Part shown: positions 14,263 through 25,002 of the stretch, one piece after another
How positions within the stretch are numbered: position 1 is the stretch's first letter
Layout of the letters: each line of letters begins with the position of its first letter
From: Polymyxa betae A26-41
Taxonomy: Eukaryota > Protista > Endomyxa: Phytomyxea
Assembly (NCBI GenBank): GCA_003693705.1
Contig: RBZT01000312.1
Coordinates: 208,095-272,094 of the forward strand
Length of the DNA: 64,000 bases
Direction of reading: 5' to 3'
Position numbers and translations under genes: made by a program
Notes under the pieces: model-generated
What the model was told of the DNA's origin: nothing
The model's database searches: none
The model's input: the letters and a program-made list of their open reading frames with translations, nothing else

Positions 14263-15213
14263 ATGACGGACAATACTAACCTCGATGCCATGGCCAGCGG
14301 TGGCTCGCCTCACATTTCGTCCGCCACTGCATTGGGAACGGACCACGGCGGCGGCTTTGAAATTCCCTTCGCAAAACGCCAGCGGGAGGACGCTTGCGAC
14401 GAATCTGCCGCTAAAAAAGGCAAGATGGATATGAACAGCGACTCCGAGTTGCTTAAAGAGGATGCTGCGGCCCCCCAGGCCGATTTTAACAAGGGCTCCT
14501 GTCATCAGTGCAAATCGCGCCGTGCTATTGGCGATCTGATTTTCTGTACTAATATTGTCGATAAGAAGAACAAGCACTGCCGGAAGAAGTATTGTGAAGG
14601 CTGCTTAAAAAAGTTCTATAAGGAAGATGTCAGTGATCCTTCGCAGAGGACCAATTGGTCCTGCCCTTCCTGTCGTAAGATGTGTTGCTGCGCTGCCTGT
14701 CGAAGGCGTCGTGATCCTAAGGAAGCGTCGTCCCAAGTGGCTGCTCATCAGATGCCTAACGATCAGCCAATGATGCAATCGTTAGGTGGCCAGATGATGC
14801 AACCGAACTTTCCTCCATTCGAATCCTCTGGAATCTTTTCGTCGTTAATACGGGAACCATCTGGTGGTACACCGATTTCTTACATGGCTAACAATATGAG
14901 CGCATTTCAGCCCCAATTGCCCCAAGAGCATCCTCTGTTTAGCAGCCAAGGAAGCTCGACTGGCGGCGTCGCTCAAAGCTCATCATTCGCCATGCTTTAT
15001 GCTGTGGCGCAGATGCCTCATGTCCGAGATCAGATCAAGCAGATTCTAGACCGATCTGATTTGACCGACGAGGAGAAGGTCGAATCTATTGCCGCCCTAT
15101 TACGTCGAGCCGTCGTTGGCGACGAGAACGCAGATGGCAATGGTCAACAGCAATCGGATGACCCCGCGACGTGTGATGAGACAACGAACGAGTTTGGCAA
15201 CGAAGAGGCTTGA
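14263..15213 (+). CDS. Intronless zf-4CXXC_R1 (CDCA7/JMJD1-type RING-like) zinc-finger protein
   Basis: SCHQCK..C..C.KKYCEGCLKKFY..WSCPSCRKMCCCAACRRRR; basic NLS-like stretches and a Q/M/S-rich tail. Confidence 0.85.
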   Translation: MTDNTNLDAMASGGSPHISSATALGTDHGGGFEIPFAKRQREDACDESAAKKGKMDMNSDSELLKEDAAAPQADFNKGSCHQCKSRRAIGDLIFCTNIVDKKNKHCRKKYCEGCLKKFYKEDVSDPSQRTNWSCPSCRKMCCCAACRRRRDPKEASSQVAAHQMPNDQPMMQSLGGQMMQPNFPPFESSGIFSSLIREPSGGTPISYMANNMSAFQPQLPQEHPLFSSQGSSTGGVAQSSSFAMLYAVAQMPHVRDQIKQILDRSDLTDEEKVESIAALLRRAVVGDENADGNGQQQSDDPATCDETTNEFGNEEA

Positions 15214-15596
15214 ATGGTATATTCATCGATTGGTCGTTTTGATCGATTGACAGAGAGCTAGTGCTTGCTTGCCATTCGTTATCCGTGTCTTTCATCTATC
15301 GATCATTAAAACTCTGCATTATAATTATGATATCAAATTTTGGCTTCCTCTTGATGTCATATTCTGCTTCTTTTTGGTCAATTTCAAATCAAACCTTGTC
15401 TGCTTAAGTGCTGCATTGTGAGTACTTTTGGCGTAGCTGGGAACTTAATATCTAAACGCGGTCATTCCGGTTTGAGTAATTTTGCGAGAACGAAATGAAT
15501 AAGAGTAGTTTTTTCTAAATGAATACAGAACTCAAGGGCTTGTAAAATAGGTTTATTTTGTTTCGAAACAATTGACGACCATGTATAGTTACAAGG

Positions 15597-16624
15597 TCAT
15601 TCGTCTGAATCTGGATTTCTATAGCTGACCATCGCATCCACTCGATGTATCTAGAGAACACTCAGAACACAATGGAAGAGTAAGAAAATTGTAAACCTTC
15701 GTTGTAAATGAGCGAAGCTTGACTTCAGCCGAATTCGCGATATACTTAGGGTCACTTTCTTCCCAAGCTTTCGGAACCTCTGTATCAAGGTCTGTATGAA
15801 TGAGTAGATCGAAAGTGCCTAAAAGATGTCAGGTTGCTTAGCATGCTTTCGTTTGCCAAATACATGGACTATCAAGCAGCGGCAAGAAAGTAACCGACGA
15901 TGTAATTTGTCTCATAATTGCTTGGATTTCTCTCATTATCTCCTATCATTGAAATCAGCATTTTGGCGTTTAGTCGTTTTGTGAAGCCCAACTTTTTCAG
16001 ATTTTGAGCTGGCGCTGTTATTCCTGCCGTTACAGTCTTCGTCGTTTCCTGGGACATCTGTAACTATATCAAATACCCATCTAATAAATAGTGCTGTCAG
16101 AAAAAACTTCAATGAGAAATTGATTCTTACCGCTCTAATGGCGACCCATCAAGTTGATTAGAAATTACAAGAACAAGGCATTGGACATGCCCAGTCGTAA
16201 GCCACTCTAATGCCATTGTAAATACTGCATGAAGCTGACAAAAAAGTTAGGCAGACCTGAAAGCTGGGTCAGAACTTGATCAAGGTATTCCACCAGCCCA
16301 GCATCAGTCGTAACAAGCTAAACATAAGCATCATAATCAAAGCAAACCAACAGTAGGCAGTCACTAACAAGCCTCAATCCATACTTTTCAGATGCTGAAA
16401 AGCTCTCCGGAGGATATATTCCACGTTGGTAAAGAATCGTGTTAATCGAAAACCCTGAACAATGAATTACTTTCTTCAGCCTCACATGGACCGAGAAACC
16501 GACCAAAGAACTCGGTGACAATCTGCGTCGATCCCTTCAATGTGATAGCATTCTTCGACGCTTGAGCCACACCAGACTGCAGACATCATTGAACCGCAGC
16601 TCCAGAATCAGCCATCATTACCAT
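15597..16624 (-). CDS. MAD2: Spindle checkpoint HORMA protein MAD2
   Basis: Spliced product [44 protein letters not shown]...EIQAIMRQITSSVTFLPLLD...IHRVDAMVSY. The first coding exon is the ATG alone (16622-16624). Confidence 0.93.
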
Positions 16625-16911
16625 ATGATTCTGGAACACGAACACGACGACTTTTAATTGTTAGAAAGGCGTAGAGAACAGCGCAGCCCAGCGTCATGAC
16701 TACCCACTTGCCATCTGATCATTCTCCCATTATACCATCTTTGTGTTGAAATCCTTGTGTATCTCTTGACTCCTATTACGAGCTGAGGCCATCGTTATTT
16801 TCCGAGTTGAATCGGTTTCTTTCGAAATCAGCAATTGAGTGAAGATGCAGCGGTGGGGCCCACCATGACGAACAGCAACCATGCTGTTCAGAGTTCAGCT
16901 TGTTGTGAACC

Positions 16912-19886
16912 ATGTCTGCAGCGAATCTTCATCAGCAGTTGATACAGATCTACATCTGCTCTTGCCAGTCGCCTTCGACGCTTAAAGAATTCGTAGTACA
17001 GATACCGGGAGCGGAATCTGTGAAAGTATCTTTAGAAAGCGAACGATGGGTTTTCGATCGCGGTCAAAGATGTCTCCCGGTTTACATCCATTTCACCGAT
17101 CAGCTAAATGTCGTAGCTATTGAGTTATGGTCGAATTCAAGCAACGTTCCAGTTTCTGTATTCCCTTTAGAACTGAGCGACTTGCAAATCGGAAAATCTG
17201 TCTCGCATTCGCTTAAATGGATTGATAATGGCGCGATTAAGCACTGCAATGTTGTCATTGCTAAGGTTTGATATTATTCGATTCCACATAAAACGCTTAG
17301 ACAGTATAGGCTCAAATCTTCACCCCGAGTCGATTCGCTAACGCTACCGCTTACAACAAACCAAATATCGATCCTGACTTTCAGTTATTCGTTTCCCGAT
17401 GCACGTATAACAGCTCAGTACAGCCAGGCAGAAGTGTGGTCATTGTCAGTAATGCAAATGGTTATAGAGGAACGAAATCTCTGTCTCGCGTTTGGAGCCG
17501 GTAAAGCCTTTAAGAAACGTCATCCAATATTTAGCATGAGCGTTTTGACAGAAATCAAATATGGAACGAAAGCATCAGCTTGGAACGTCTCAACCCCCAG
17601 TCTGGGGCAACTTCGTCTCTTGATCTTGCTATAATCGATGCAGATTCTGATTCACCTCAAACGCTTGCGCGTTTCCAGCCAATCCCTCTAAATGGCCACT
17701 TTGCGACCCGGTAATTCGAAGTGTTCTACGATTACATTTGTAGTCTAAGTTTATTTAGGGGACATTTTTCGGTTCCAAATGTGAATGATAGCATTGAGGC
17801 CACTTTATTTCTTTCTATTTCGGTATGGAGAATACCCCTGGAGTGCACTCAATTAACAAGTTATGTTAGCCGGTGGTAGATTCCGCTTATGAATCCGCGC
17901 TGCTTGATGCAAATCCCATCTGGGAAAAAGTCCAGGTTGCTTCTTACTCTATATAAAACTGTGAGAATCTGACTAAGACGCAGATTTCTTTCCATTCAAT
18001 TCAGCTTCCTGACATTGATATTGATACAGTCTTTATCACAGCCTTCCTTTCTGTTAATATCGAACAATATCAGAAGAAGGTTGATGATTCCCTGGTATGT
18101 TTTCGAATCACTCCTAATAATAAAGATGAAAGGTTCTTGGTAGATGCTTTGGCCGCCTTTTCCTGTTTCAAAACTGGTCAAGGCTGGCGACCAGACTGAA
18201 TCTATTTCGTTGTGTGGTGAAGATTCTTCTTACCGATTCTGTAAGCATCAGCTGGTCAGATCTTGCTGCATATAACATCTAATCTCTCTTTGTTTATCGC
18301 AGACCTCAGTGGCCCTATCAAAAGGTTGTCGTTTCCAACATTAAGTCTAGATACCTCAATATTCGACGATAAGGTTCGCTTATGATTGCTTTAATCTCTG
18401 TCCCAACCTCTATGCAGCAAATTGTCTTCAGCCAAGGTTGTTTCATAGTAGCTGAAATATACTCGTATCCGAAAGTAGCAGAATTATCCCCCTATCTCTT
18501 AGGTATATCTGTGCTTCTGGGTGATGCGTATCTAAACCGTTATCAGGATATTGCTCAATGAAGTTGAGTGATCGAAGCCTCGTTTCTACTAGCACGGTCT
18601 ATGGTTGTGGTGGTACTCTAACGTGGTCTGCGTGTAGACCAAATAAAAGCAGGTTTGCTAATGAAGGCGAGATCAGTTGGAGTTCAGTGAAGGTTGCCAA
18701 ACACATAATTCTCTGCAAGTTGATATAGCTAATTTACATAGAATGAAGCAACGACTGGAATGAGGAAATCCGAGGTCATCTTGCAGAAAGCCCATCGGAT
18801 ACTTCACCTCACCCGAGTCCCTGCTTTGCGTTTGAATAGAAGCAACGACCAGGAATCGAAACTCAAAGGCCTTTTAGAAGAAGCTCAGCAGGAGCTAATT
18901 ATCACCAGAAAAGATTGCAAACGGTTGCAATTCGTCGTTATCAATTTCACTCTCTGAATGCTCTTAGGCTAGAGAGTGAGCTGGAAGATAAAGCTGCGGC
19001 GTTGAATGCTTGTATTGAAAAGGCACGAGAGCTGGAGCGGCAGTGTGAGCAAGTATGCATTAACCTGTTGACAGAATTCATTGTACTAACTCGAAGCACG
19101 TAGCTAAATAATGACAAATGGTTGTTGGAAAACAGATTGAATGAGTATGTCCAATTACAGGAGAAATTTCTCCAAAACACTGGTATCGAAGGCTCTCCGT
19201 TAAATGTGGCCCAATTACAAACATTGCTAAAGCAGTCAAGACATGATATTGACACCCTAAAAAGTGAGAATGATGACAAGCAAAGACTAATTGAGTCACT
19301 GAAGAGTCGAATTCACAAAACGTCCAAGCTGGAGAAAACCTTGGCAACAATTAAAGAGGCTCATGCTGCACAGACGAATTATTTACAATCCATTCAAGTG
19401 GGTTTCTTAGATTCGAATTCCGACTCATCTAAAGGGTTTTTATAGGATGACAGAAAGAAGATCGAGAAGTTTTACAAAACAATTCAGTATCAAGAAGATA
19501 TTATCGTTAATCTTGAAGGCCTTCTTCGCTCTTGCCAAACAGTTCCTGTCGGGCCTTCAGTTGGTTCTGAATTATCTGCTCAAGGTGACAATTGGAAAGA
19601 GCGAGCATTGAAAGCTGAAGTAAGTACGATGAGACAGTGAAATCTGTAATAACACAATTATAGGCAAGATGTAATGCGTTTGAAGGTGAATTACGAATTG
19701 CTGCTGAACACTATGGCAAAGAAATAGCTTCGTTGCAAACACAACTAATGGAAGCTAATATTAGGCCTAAGGTACCCAATGCCCAACACGAAAGTATTGC
19801 ACTTACATCGAGGTTTTTTGTAGTCTGCTGATTCCACATTATCAGTGAATGTCGAAGATTTTGATGAACTGGAAAGAGAGCAATGA
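16912..19886 (+). CDS. Multi-exon protein with beta-rich (C2-like) N-terminus and coiled-coil C-terminus, CCDC33-like
   Basis: C-terminal IKEAHAAQTNYLQSIQ..KKIEKFYKTIQYQEDIIVNLEGLL recalls the CCDC33 coiled coil; many short introns. Confidence 0.5.
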
Positions 19887-20873
19887 ACCAACCTCAACAG
19901 CAAACATTAAAGATGTTAGACTGGAATGAGTTCTTCAGCGAGATTTAATAGCTCATTATAAATAAGAGGTTATTAATCAAGCATGTTTTTCGATAAATGT
20001 GATGTCTTTTAGTATGTCTTACATAAAATGAAAATACTTACAATTCCGGGATAGAAACATATTACAACTTCTAAATTCTGCAAAATTTGGACTTTGTTTG
20101 TAGAACGCATTTTACGCACTCAACGAAGCATTTTCAGCGACGCAGCAATCTCTGAACGGATCGATTCTGCGAGATGCAGAATTGTTTGTACGTTTGTTTA
20201 GGTTTGCGACTCAAACGGACGAGGAATTAAGCCGTTCTCTATTGTCAGTGTTTTAGAAACCGTTCGATTAAATCTTTTGAATAGATCAAGTCTTTTAAAC
20301 TGCTGTTGGGAATTCGCTGCGACCCTGTATGCATTGCTCTCGGAAAATGGAGCGTCGAACGTTAATGGATGATGGACTGGATTGGAAATACACTCAAAAG
20401 CAATGGTACCGAAGCACCTCTTTTAGTCACTCCTCCATGTATTGGGAATAGGCTCAAACATGCCCCATCAAACATCGGCACTGACACACGAACGAATACA
20501 ACCTGAGCATTCAATCGCTGGGTCCATCTCAGAGCACCACATCATGCACCAAGACGAACCGAAAGCGACCTCTACAAGTAGAATCTCCCTTTGAGTCGCT
20601 GGTTTGGAAGGTTCCGTTGAGAGCCTTCCGAGGCTCCGAAGGACAAGTCAGACGGACCATTTATAGATCCGAAGCCAAGTCATTAAGAGCCCTGGATTAT
20701 GGCCTGCCACTGTACCAGATAACAGTCGTGAGCGCACTTTCTCAAAGCCAAAAAAGCTTCCATTCTGTCAGAGACGTCACTGTTTGGTACATCCTATCAT
20801 TCGAACCAGTCTTCGCCCTTCTGGATCGCAGTTCCTCTGCCTCATCCATTTATATTTTTTGTGTTGGTTTGCA

Positions 20874-23363
20874 ATGGCGACTGAGCTGGTGCTGGGCACG
20901 TATCGTCTCAAAGACCTTGACGTCATCAATGACGTGATTGCTTTTGCTGCTAACAATGGTATCACTCTCATCGATACCGCTAGCCTATATGGCAATGAGC
21001 AGAGCGTGTATTCGACGGCTGCTAAATACGGTCTTCGAGTTGGCTCCAAGATTCATCAGCGGCTGCTTCCTGGCGCCACTCTCGACCTTGCTCGCAAGAT
21101 GTTCGAGATGAATGAGAGTCGACCGCTGTCTCGGATTCTGATGCACAATCCGCTTCCGCTGCACATGTGGCGTGATCTGGAAGAAGCCGTTCGCAAGGGT
21201 TATACCGAATCCATCGGTATATGCAATGTGGATACCAAGACATTGCAAAAGCTGGTCAATGCCGCCGAGATTAAGCCGAGTGTCGTTCAAGTTGAGCTTC
21301 ACCCATTCTTGCCCAATCTCGATGCCACTTTGGCTTTGCTATATTATTGCAAGGAGCATGAAATCGCGTTTGAAGCTCATAGTGTTCTGGGTGGTGGGAG
21401 CCCTATTGTTCGTTCGACCAAGGAAACTCCTCTGCAGGCAATTTCTAACCAGCTTGGCTGGGATTCGTCGGTAACAGCCCAGCATTTGATTAAGTGGATT
21501 CGCTTCACAGCTCCAGGTGCTGCTATCTGTATCAAATCGAGTTCTGTCGATCGCCTCAAGGCGTTGGTTCAAGCTGCTTCTGATGCAGATTCTTCCACGT
21601 TCTGCGACCTGACGTCCCGCATCACTCCATTCCGTGTCTACCCGGTGAATGATTCAAATCCTTTGGTGACATCGATTGAGAACGATGGCGTATTTTCCTG
21701 CCTTGGTCCCGATGCCTGGTCCTGTCTCGAAAATCCGTCTGATGATGTAGTTGAACGTGTCGCCTCTCTTATCAAAGCGGATGAAGCCGTTCTGCTGTCA
21801 GAAGGTTCCAGTGGCACTTTATCCGGCGTTGCCATGCACCTGCATGGTGCCAAATCTGGATGTGGCGACACCAATCTTTTCACTCGTGTTGCTATCTCTC
21901 TATTTGGCGATGAAGAATGTGCTCGTATCTTCAAGGAGGTTGACTTGCCTACTGATCCGAAGGAAGTTCGTAAACTGTGGGCTTTGTACCCATCGCTTTC
22001 CTCTTGCGTCTCTAAGCTTAACAATTTGTTGAAAACTCTACGCGCTGGCATAGACAAGAAGATGAAAGATTCTAAAGGCGGAACCAGCTGTCAGCTAGTC
22101 CATGTCAATGCTCTGGATGCTGATTCGACACCGGAAATTCCTGATTCCGTTCAGAATCCCATTGCCATGCCTGTTGTCATTCCTTCTTTTGATGAGCTTG
22201 CTCCGTTCTTCAATTGGTTGGCCAATCTGACCCAACAACCGGCCTCTGATGTGCAGTTTGGTCGAGGCGCTCTGCTGCTGGGTGGTCATCTGGACATGTG
22301 CAAACAAGTTGTTGGCCCTGCTCATATGGGCAAACTTTGTGAAGCTGTCAAGAAGGTTGCTCCGTTGGGTGTCGTCGATCATTTCTTACTTGGTAATAAC
22401 ATCGCTTTTGAAGACGCTGAGCGGACTTCGGGTCTTGGTGCTCAAGAAGCGTCATCATTAACGCGAGAACAAGGCGTTGAAAATCTGTTGGAGATTATGA
22501 AGCCAGAGTATGGTATCAAAACGTGGTATTTGGCTGGCAACTGCATCGATGGCGATATCACCAAACGCATTGTCGATGTTTTGAGTTCAAACGAAGTGTG
22601 CGACTCGTTGTGGCTGAAGAGGAATCCATTGGGACCTGTTGGTGGGCAGGCGATCGGCCGTCTACTGGGGCTAAACAAGCATCTCAAAATGCTGGATTTA
22701 CACAATACTGGCCTATGCGATGAAGGTGTCATTCTTATGAACGAGGAGCTGAAGAAGTATGGGCCCCTGGATTCTTCTCTTCAACATATTCATCTTGGCG
22801 CCAACGGAATCACTTCCAAATCGATTCCGGCTTTGTCTGAATTCCTACTGGCTTTCTCCTCGAAGCTTGAAAGCATCTATTTGGACATCAATCAGATTGG
22901 AGACGATGGCATTGCTGTCCTTGCTCGCGCTCTGGAGAAGTGCTCCCACTTAAGGCGCTTGACTCTTGGATCTAATCGCCTCACTGATGCTGGGTTAACG
23001 ACGATCCGTGACTTAGTTATGGGTCTGCCAAGTGTTGAAATGCTGAACGTCGGTTTCTACAAGAGTACTGCTGCACTTGGAGAGCAATACGATAGCTTCA
23101 CAAACGCTGAACCAATGATCGACGTCGTCAAACACCATCCTTCATTGAAGTTATTGAAAGTCGAGAAATCCGGCCTACCTGAGTCCGAATGCCAGCGCCT
23201 AATCGATATTGTTCAAGAGCACGGAAAGATCACGTTATATACCCGGCAGCAGATCAACTACTTGATGAAAGACATCGTCGTGCACAGTGAAGACGAGCTC
23301 AGCTATCTTCGGAACCCCAAGCTCGTCGACCATATTTTCAGCATCTACCGCAACAACATGTAA
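20874..23363 (+). CDS. Intronless aldo-keto reductase :: RNI-like leucine-rich-repeat fusion (829 aa)
   Basis: AKR motifs LGTY, IDTASLYGNE, SK, LMHNP, SIGICN, PSVVQVELHP. LRR part LDMCKQVVGP, HFLLGNN, TWYLAGNCI, LWLKRNPLG, LDLHNTGL. Confidence 0.88.
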   Translation: MATELVLGTYRLKDLDVINDVIAFAANNGITLIDTASLYGNEQSVYSTAAKYGLRVGSKIHQRLLPGATLDLARKMFEMNESRPLSRILMHNPLPLHMWRDLEEAVRKGYTESIGICNVDTKTLQKLVNAAEIKPSVVQVELHPFLPNLDATLALLYYCKEHEIAFEAHSVLGGGSPIVRSTKETPLQAISNQLGWDSSVTAQHLIKWIRFTAPGAAICIKSSSVDRLKALVQAASDADSSTFCDLTSRITPFRVYPVNDSNPLVTSIENDGVFSCLGPDAWSCLENPSDDVVERVASLIKADEAVLLSEGSSGTLSGVAMHLHGAKSGCGDTNLFTRVAISLFGDEECARIFKEVDLPTDPKEVRKLWALYPSLSSCVSKLNNLLKTLRAGIDKKMKDSKGGTSCQLVHVNALDADSTPEIPDSVQNPIAMPVVIPSFDELAPFFNWLANLTQQPASDVQFGRGALLLGGHLDMCKQVVGPAHMGKLCEAVKKVAPLGVVDHFLLGNNIAFEDAERTSGLGAQEASSLTREQGVENLLEIMKPEYGIKTWYLAGNCIDGDITKRIVDVLSSNEVCDSLWLKRNPLGPVGGQAIGRLLGLNKHLKMLDLHNTGLCDEGVILMNEELKKYGPLDSSLQHIHLGANGITSKSIPALSEFLLAFSSKLESIYLDINQIGDDGIAVLARALEKCSHLRRLTLGSNRLTDAGLTTIRDLVMGLPSVEMLNVGFYKSTAALGEQYDSFTNAEPMIDVVKHHPSLKLLKVEKSGLPESECQRLIDIVQEHGKITLYTRQQINYLMKDIVVHSEDELSYLRNPKLVDHIFSIYRNNM

Positions 23364-23488
23364 TCAATAAAGAAACTCATTGTCTTCAGATTCCATCTTC
23401 ATTATGCCGATTGCGTTATCGTCTCGAGCAGCGTCATTATAGATGTTGGGACGGAGTTGACGGAGGTCTGTCTCATTGATGATAGTGT

Positions 23489-24386
23489 ATGGACATTGAT
23501 GGCTGGGCGGCTTTAGCTTCATATCAATCGCAGCTTTCAGGCCCTCTCTCCCTCACGTCGTTCGATCTGGTCACACCTGGCATCACCTGTAATCTGGTTG
23601 CCATTGTCCAGCATGTCGAACAAGATCCCGAGCGCACCAGCCTGGTCATCACCGATTACGGGACCGTCTCGGTTCGTGTAGGTCTCTCCAATCGTCTTGC
23701 AATCGCCATCTGACCAGCTTTAGCTAACTCTCTGGAGAAACTGCTCTCAATTGGTGCAATCGACTCGTCCTGGAGCCGTCATATTGGTGACCGATGTTCA
23801 CATAACAGAGTATAACAACCGCCTTCAAGCATCTATGACCGCCCTATCCAGGCTATTCCATCTTCAAGCTCCAGTTTTGCCTTCGTCTCTAATCGGGACT
23901 CGTGTTAGTGAACTACTCGATATCTCGAACAAGCTCTTCCCACGACCACGACCAACAAACGTTGTCGGCGATAGTCTTGATCGGCAGCGATTGTTCGACT
24001 CCATGGACGAAGCTCTGATAGCGATGGAGTCGGGTGTTTACATCGGCCCGGCTAGAATCCGCATTCGCCTTCCTCTTCAATCGATTTCCGAGACCGCTGC
24101 GAATGTTGTTCGCCGAACCGCAGCGTCGTATGAATATCGAGAACTGCCGATCATCATTGACGATCATATCCAAGGTGTCGCAGCAGCCGAGGTCGTCCGG
24201 AAACTTTGTGCCGATCTGCCCCCATCCTCGATCCTGACCAAACGTCGAGACACGGTTTTCCAACTGCTTTGTTGCTTGAATGCTCCAGGTAATTCCCCAT
24301 TCTACTGCAGAATCGTCTCGCAAGTGACGTTGCAACAAAACGGAGTCAGAATGCGAACCTTCACGATTGTCTCCATCAGCTGGTGA
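23489..24386 (+). CDS. OB-fold ssDNA-binding-like protein (POT1-OB1/SHLD2/RPA-like)
   Basis: One intron (~23678-23722) gives CNLVAIVQHV..SLVITDYGTVSVRLTLWRNCSQLVQSTRPGAVILVTDVHITEYNNRLQASMTALSRL, an OB-fold strand pattern. Confidence 0.6.
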
Positions 24387-24483
24387 CATCGCTGCGTCTT
24401 TATTATTCGCTCAACAAGCAATAATTAACGCTGCGAACGTTTCGTTTGAATCGACGCTGCAATGTCGGCGACATTCCGGCGGT

Positions 24484-24899
24484 TCATCGTGATTCACGTA
24501 GATAAGCTCGTCTTGTAATTAATGCCTGCTGATAAAGACCTTCATGTAAACCATGAAGTCGAAATGCAATTCTCGCTCGTAACACTTTGTTCAACGGTTT
24601 CTCCTAACAAAACGATCAACAGTAAGATCGAAATCAGTTCTCAAACCTACTCGGTCCTGTTCAATTTCTCCAATGAATCCGAACAGATCTTTAAGAGGAT
24701 GACGGCAGACCATAATATCGGTTGCAACCTGAATCTGGACGCCATTCATCTCGACCAAAGCCAGACACCGCTCTGCGTCGAATGAGACGACATTGGCTAC
24801 GATTCGAACCGATTGCCCAAGAGGCAGATCGCCTATTTCTTCCAACAGCACGACCGAGGCTGGCTGGACCGAGCATTGCGACGCCGTTAGCGCCACCAT
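24484..24899 (-). CDS. TEN1: CST complex subunit TEN1
   Basis: With intron 24604-24650: PASVVLLEEI..GQSVRIVANVVSFD..LFGFIGEI..VLRARIAFRLHGLHEGLYQQALITRRAYL, matching the plant/animal TEN1 pattern and ~120-aa size. Confidence 0.8.
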
Positions 24900-24914
24900 T
24901 GGAGTGCGAAAGAC

Positions 24915-24930
24915 AAACCCTAAACCCTAA
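24915..24930. repeat. Two tandem telomeric-type repeats (AAACCCTAAACCCTAA; TTTAGGG on minus), telo-box
   Basis: Read directly; 16-31 nt upstream of the TEN1 ATG. Confidence 0.8.
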
Positions 24931-25002
24931 CTTGTAGCGATTCGATTCATTGAAGCGGATCCGAGAAAAGAGACATCGCCAACACTATGACAATCATGAA
25001 TT

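Noticed and set aside
15597-16624. HORMA gene as REV7 forming a shieldin-CST cluster with the OB-fold gene and TEN1
   Set aside because: Motifs [15 protein letters not shown] and RQITSSVTFLP are MAD2-specific.
20480-20720. TPP-riboswitch-like GGTGCTCTGAGATGGACCC on minus strand and hairpin GAGCCT-TCCG-AGGCTC upstream of the AKR-LRR gene
   Set aside because: The downstream GAACCTGAT...TAAT...GCG.AGGGA half of the aptamer is missing, and a 6-bp stem is expected by chance.
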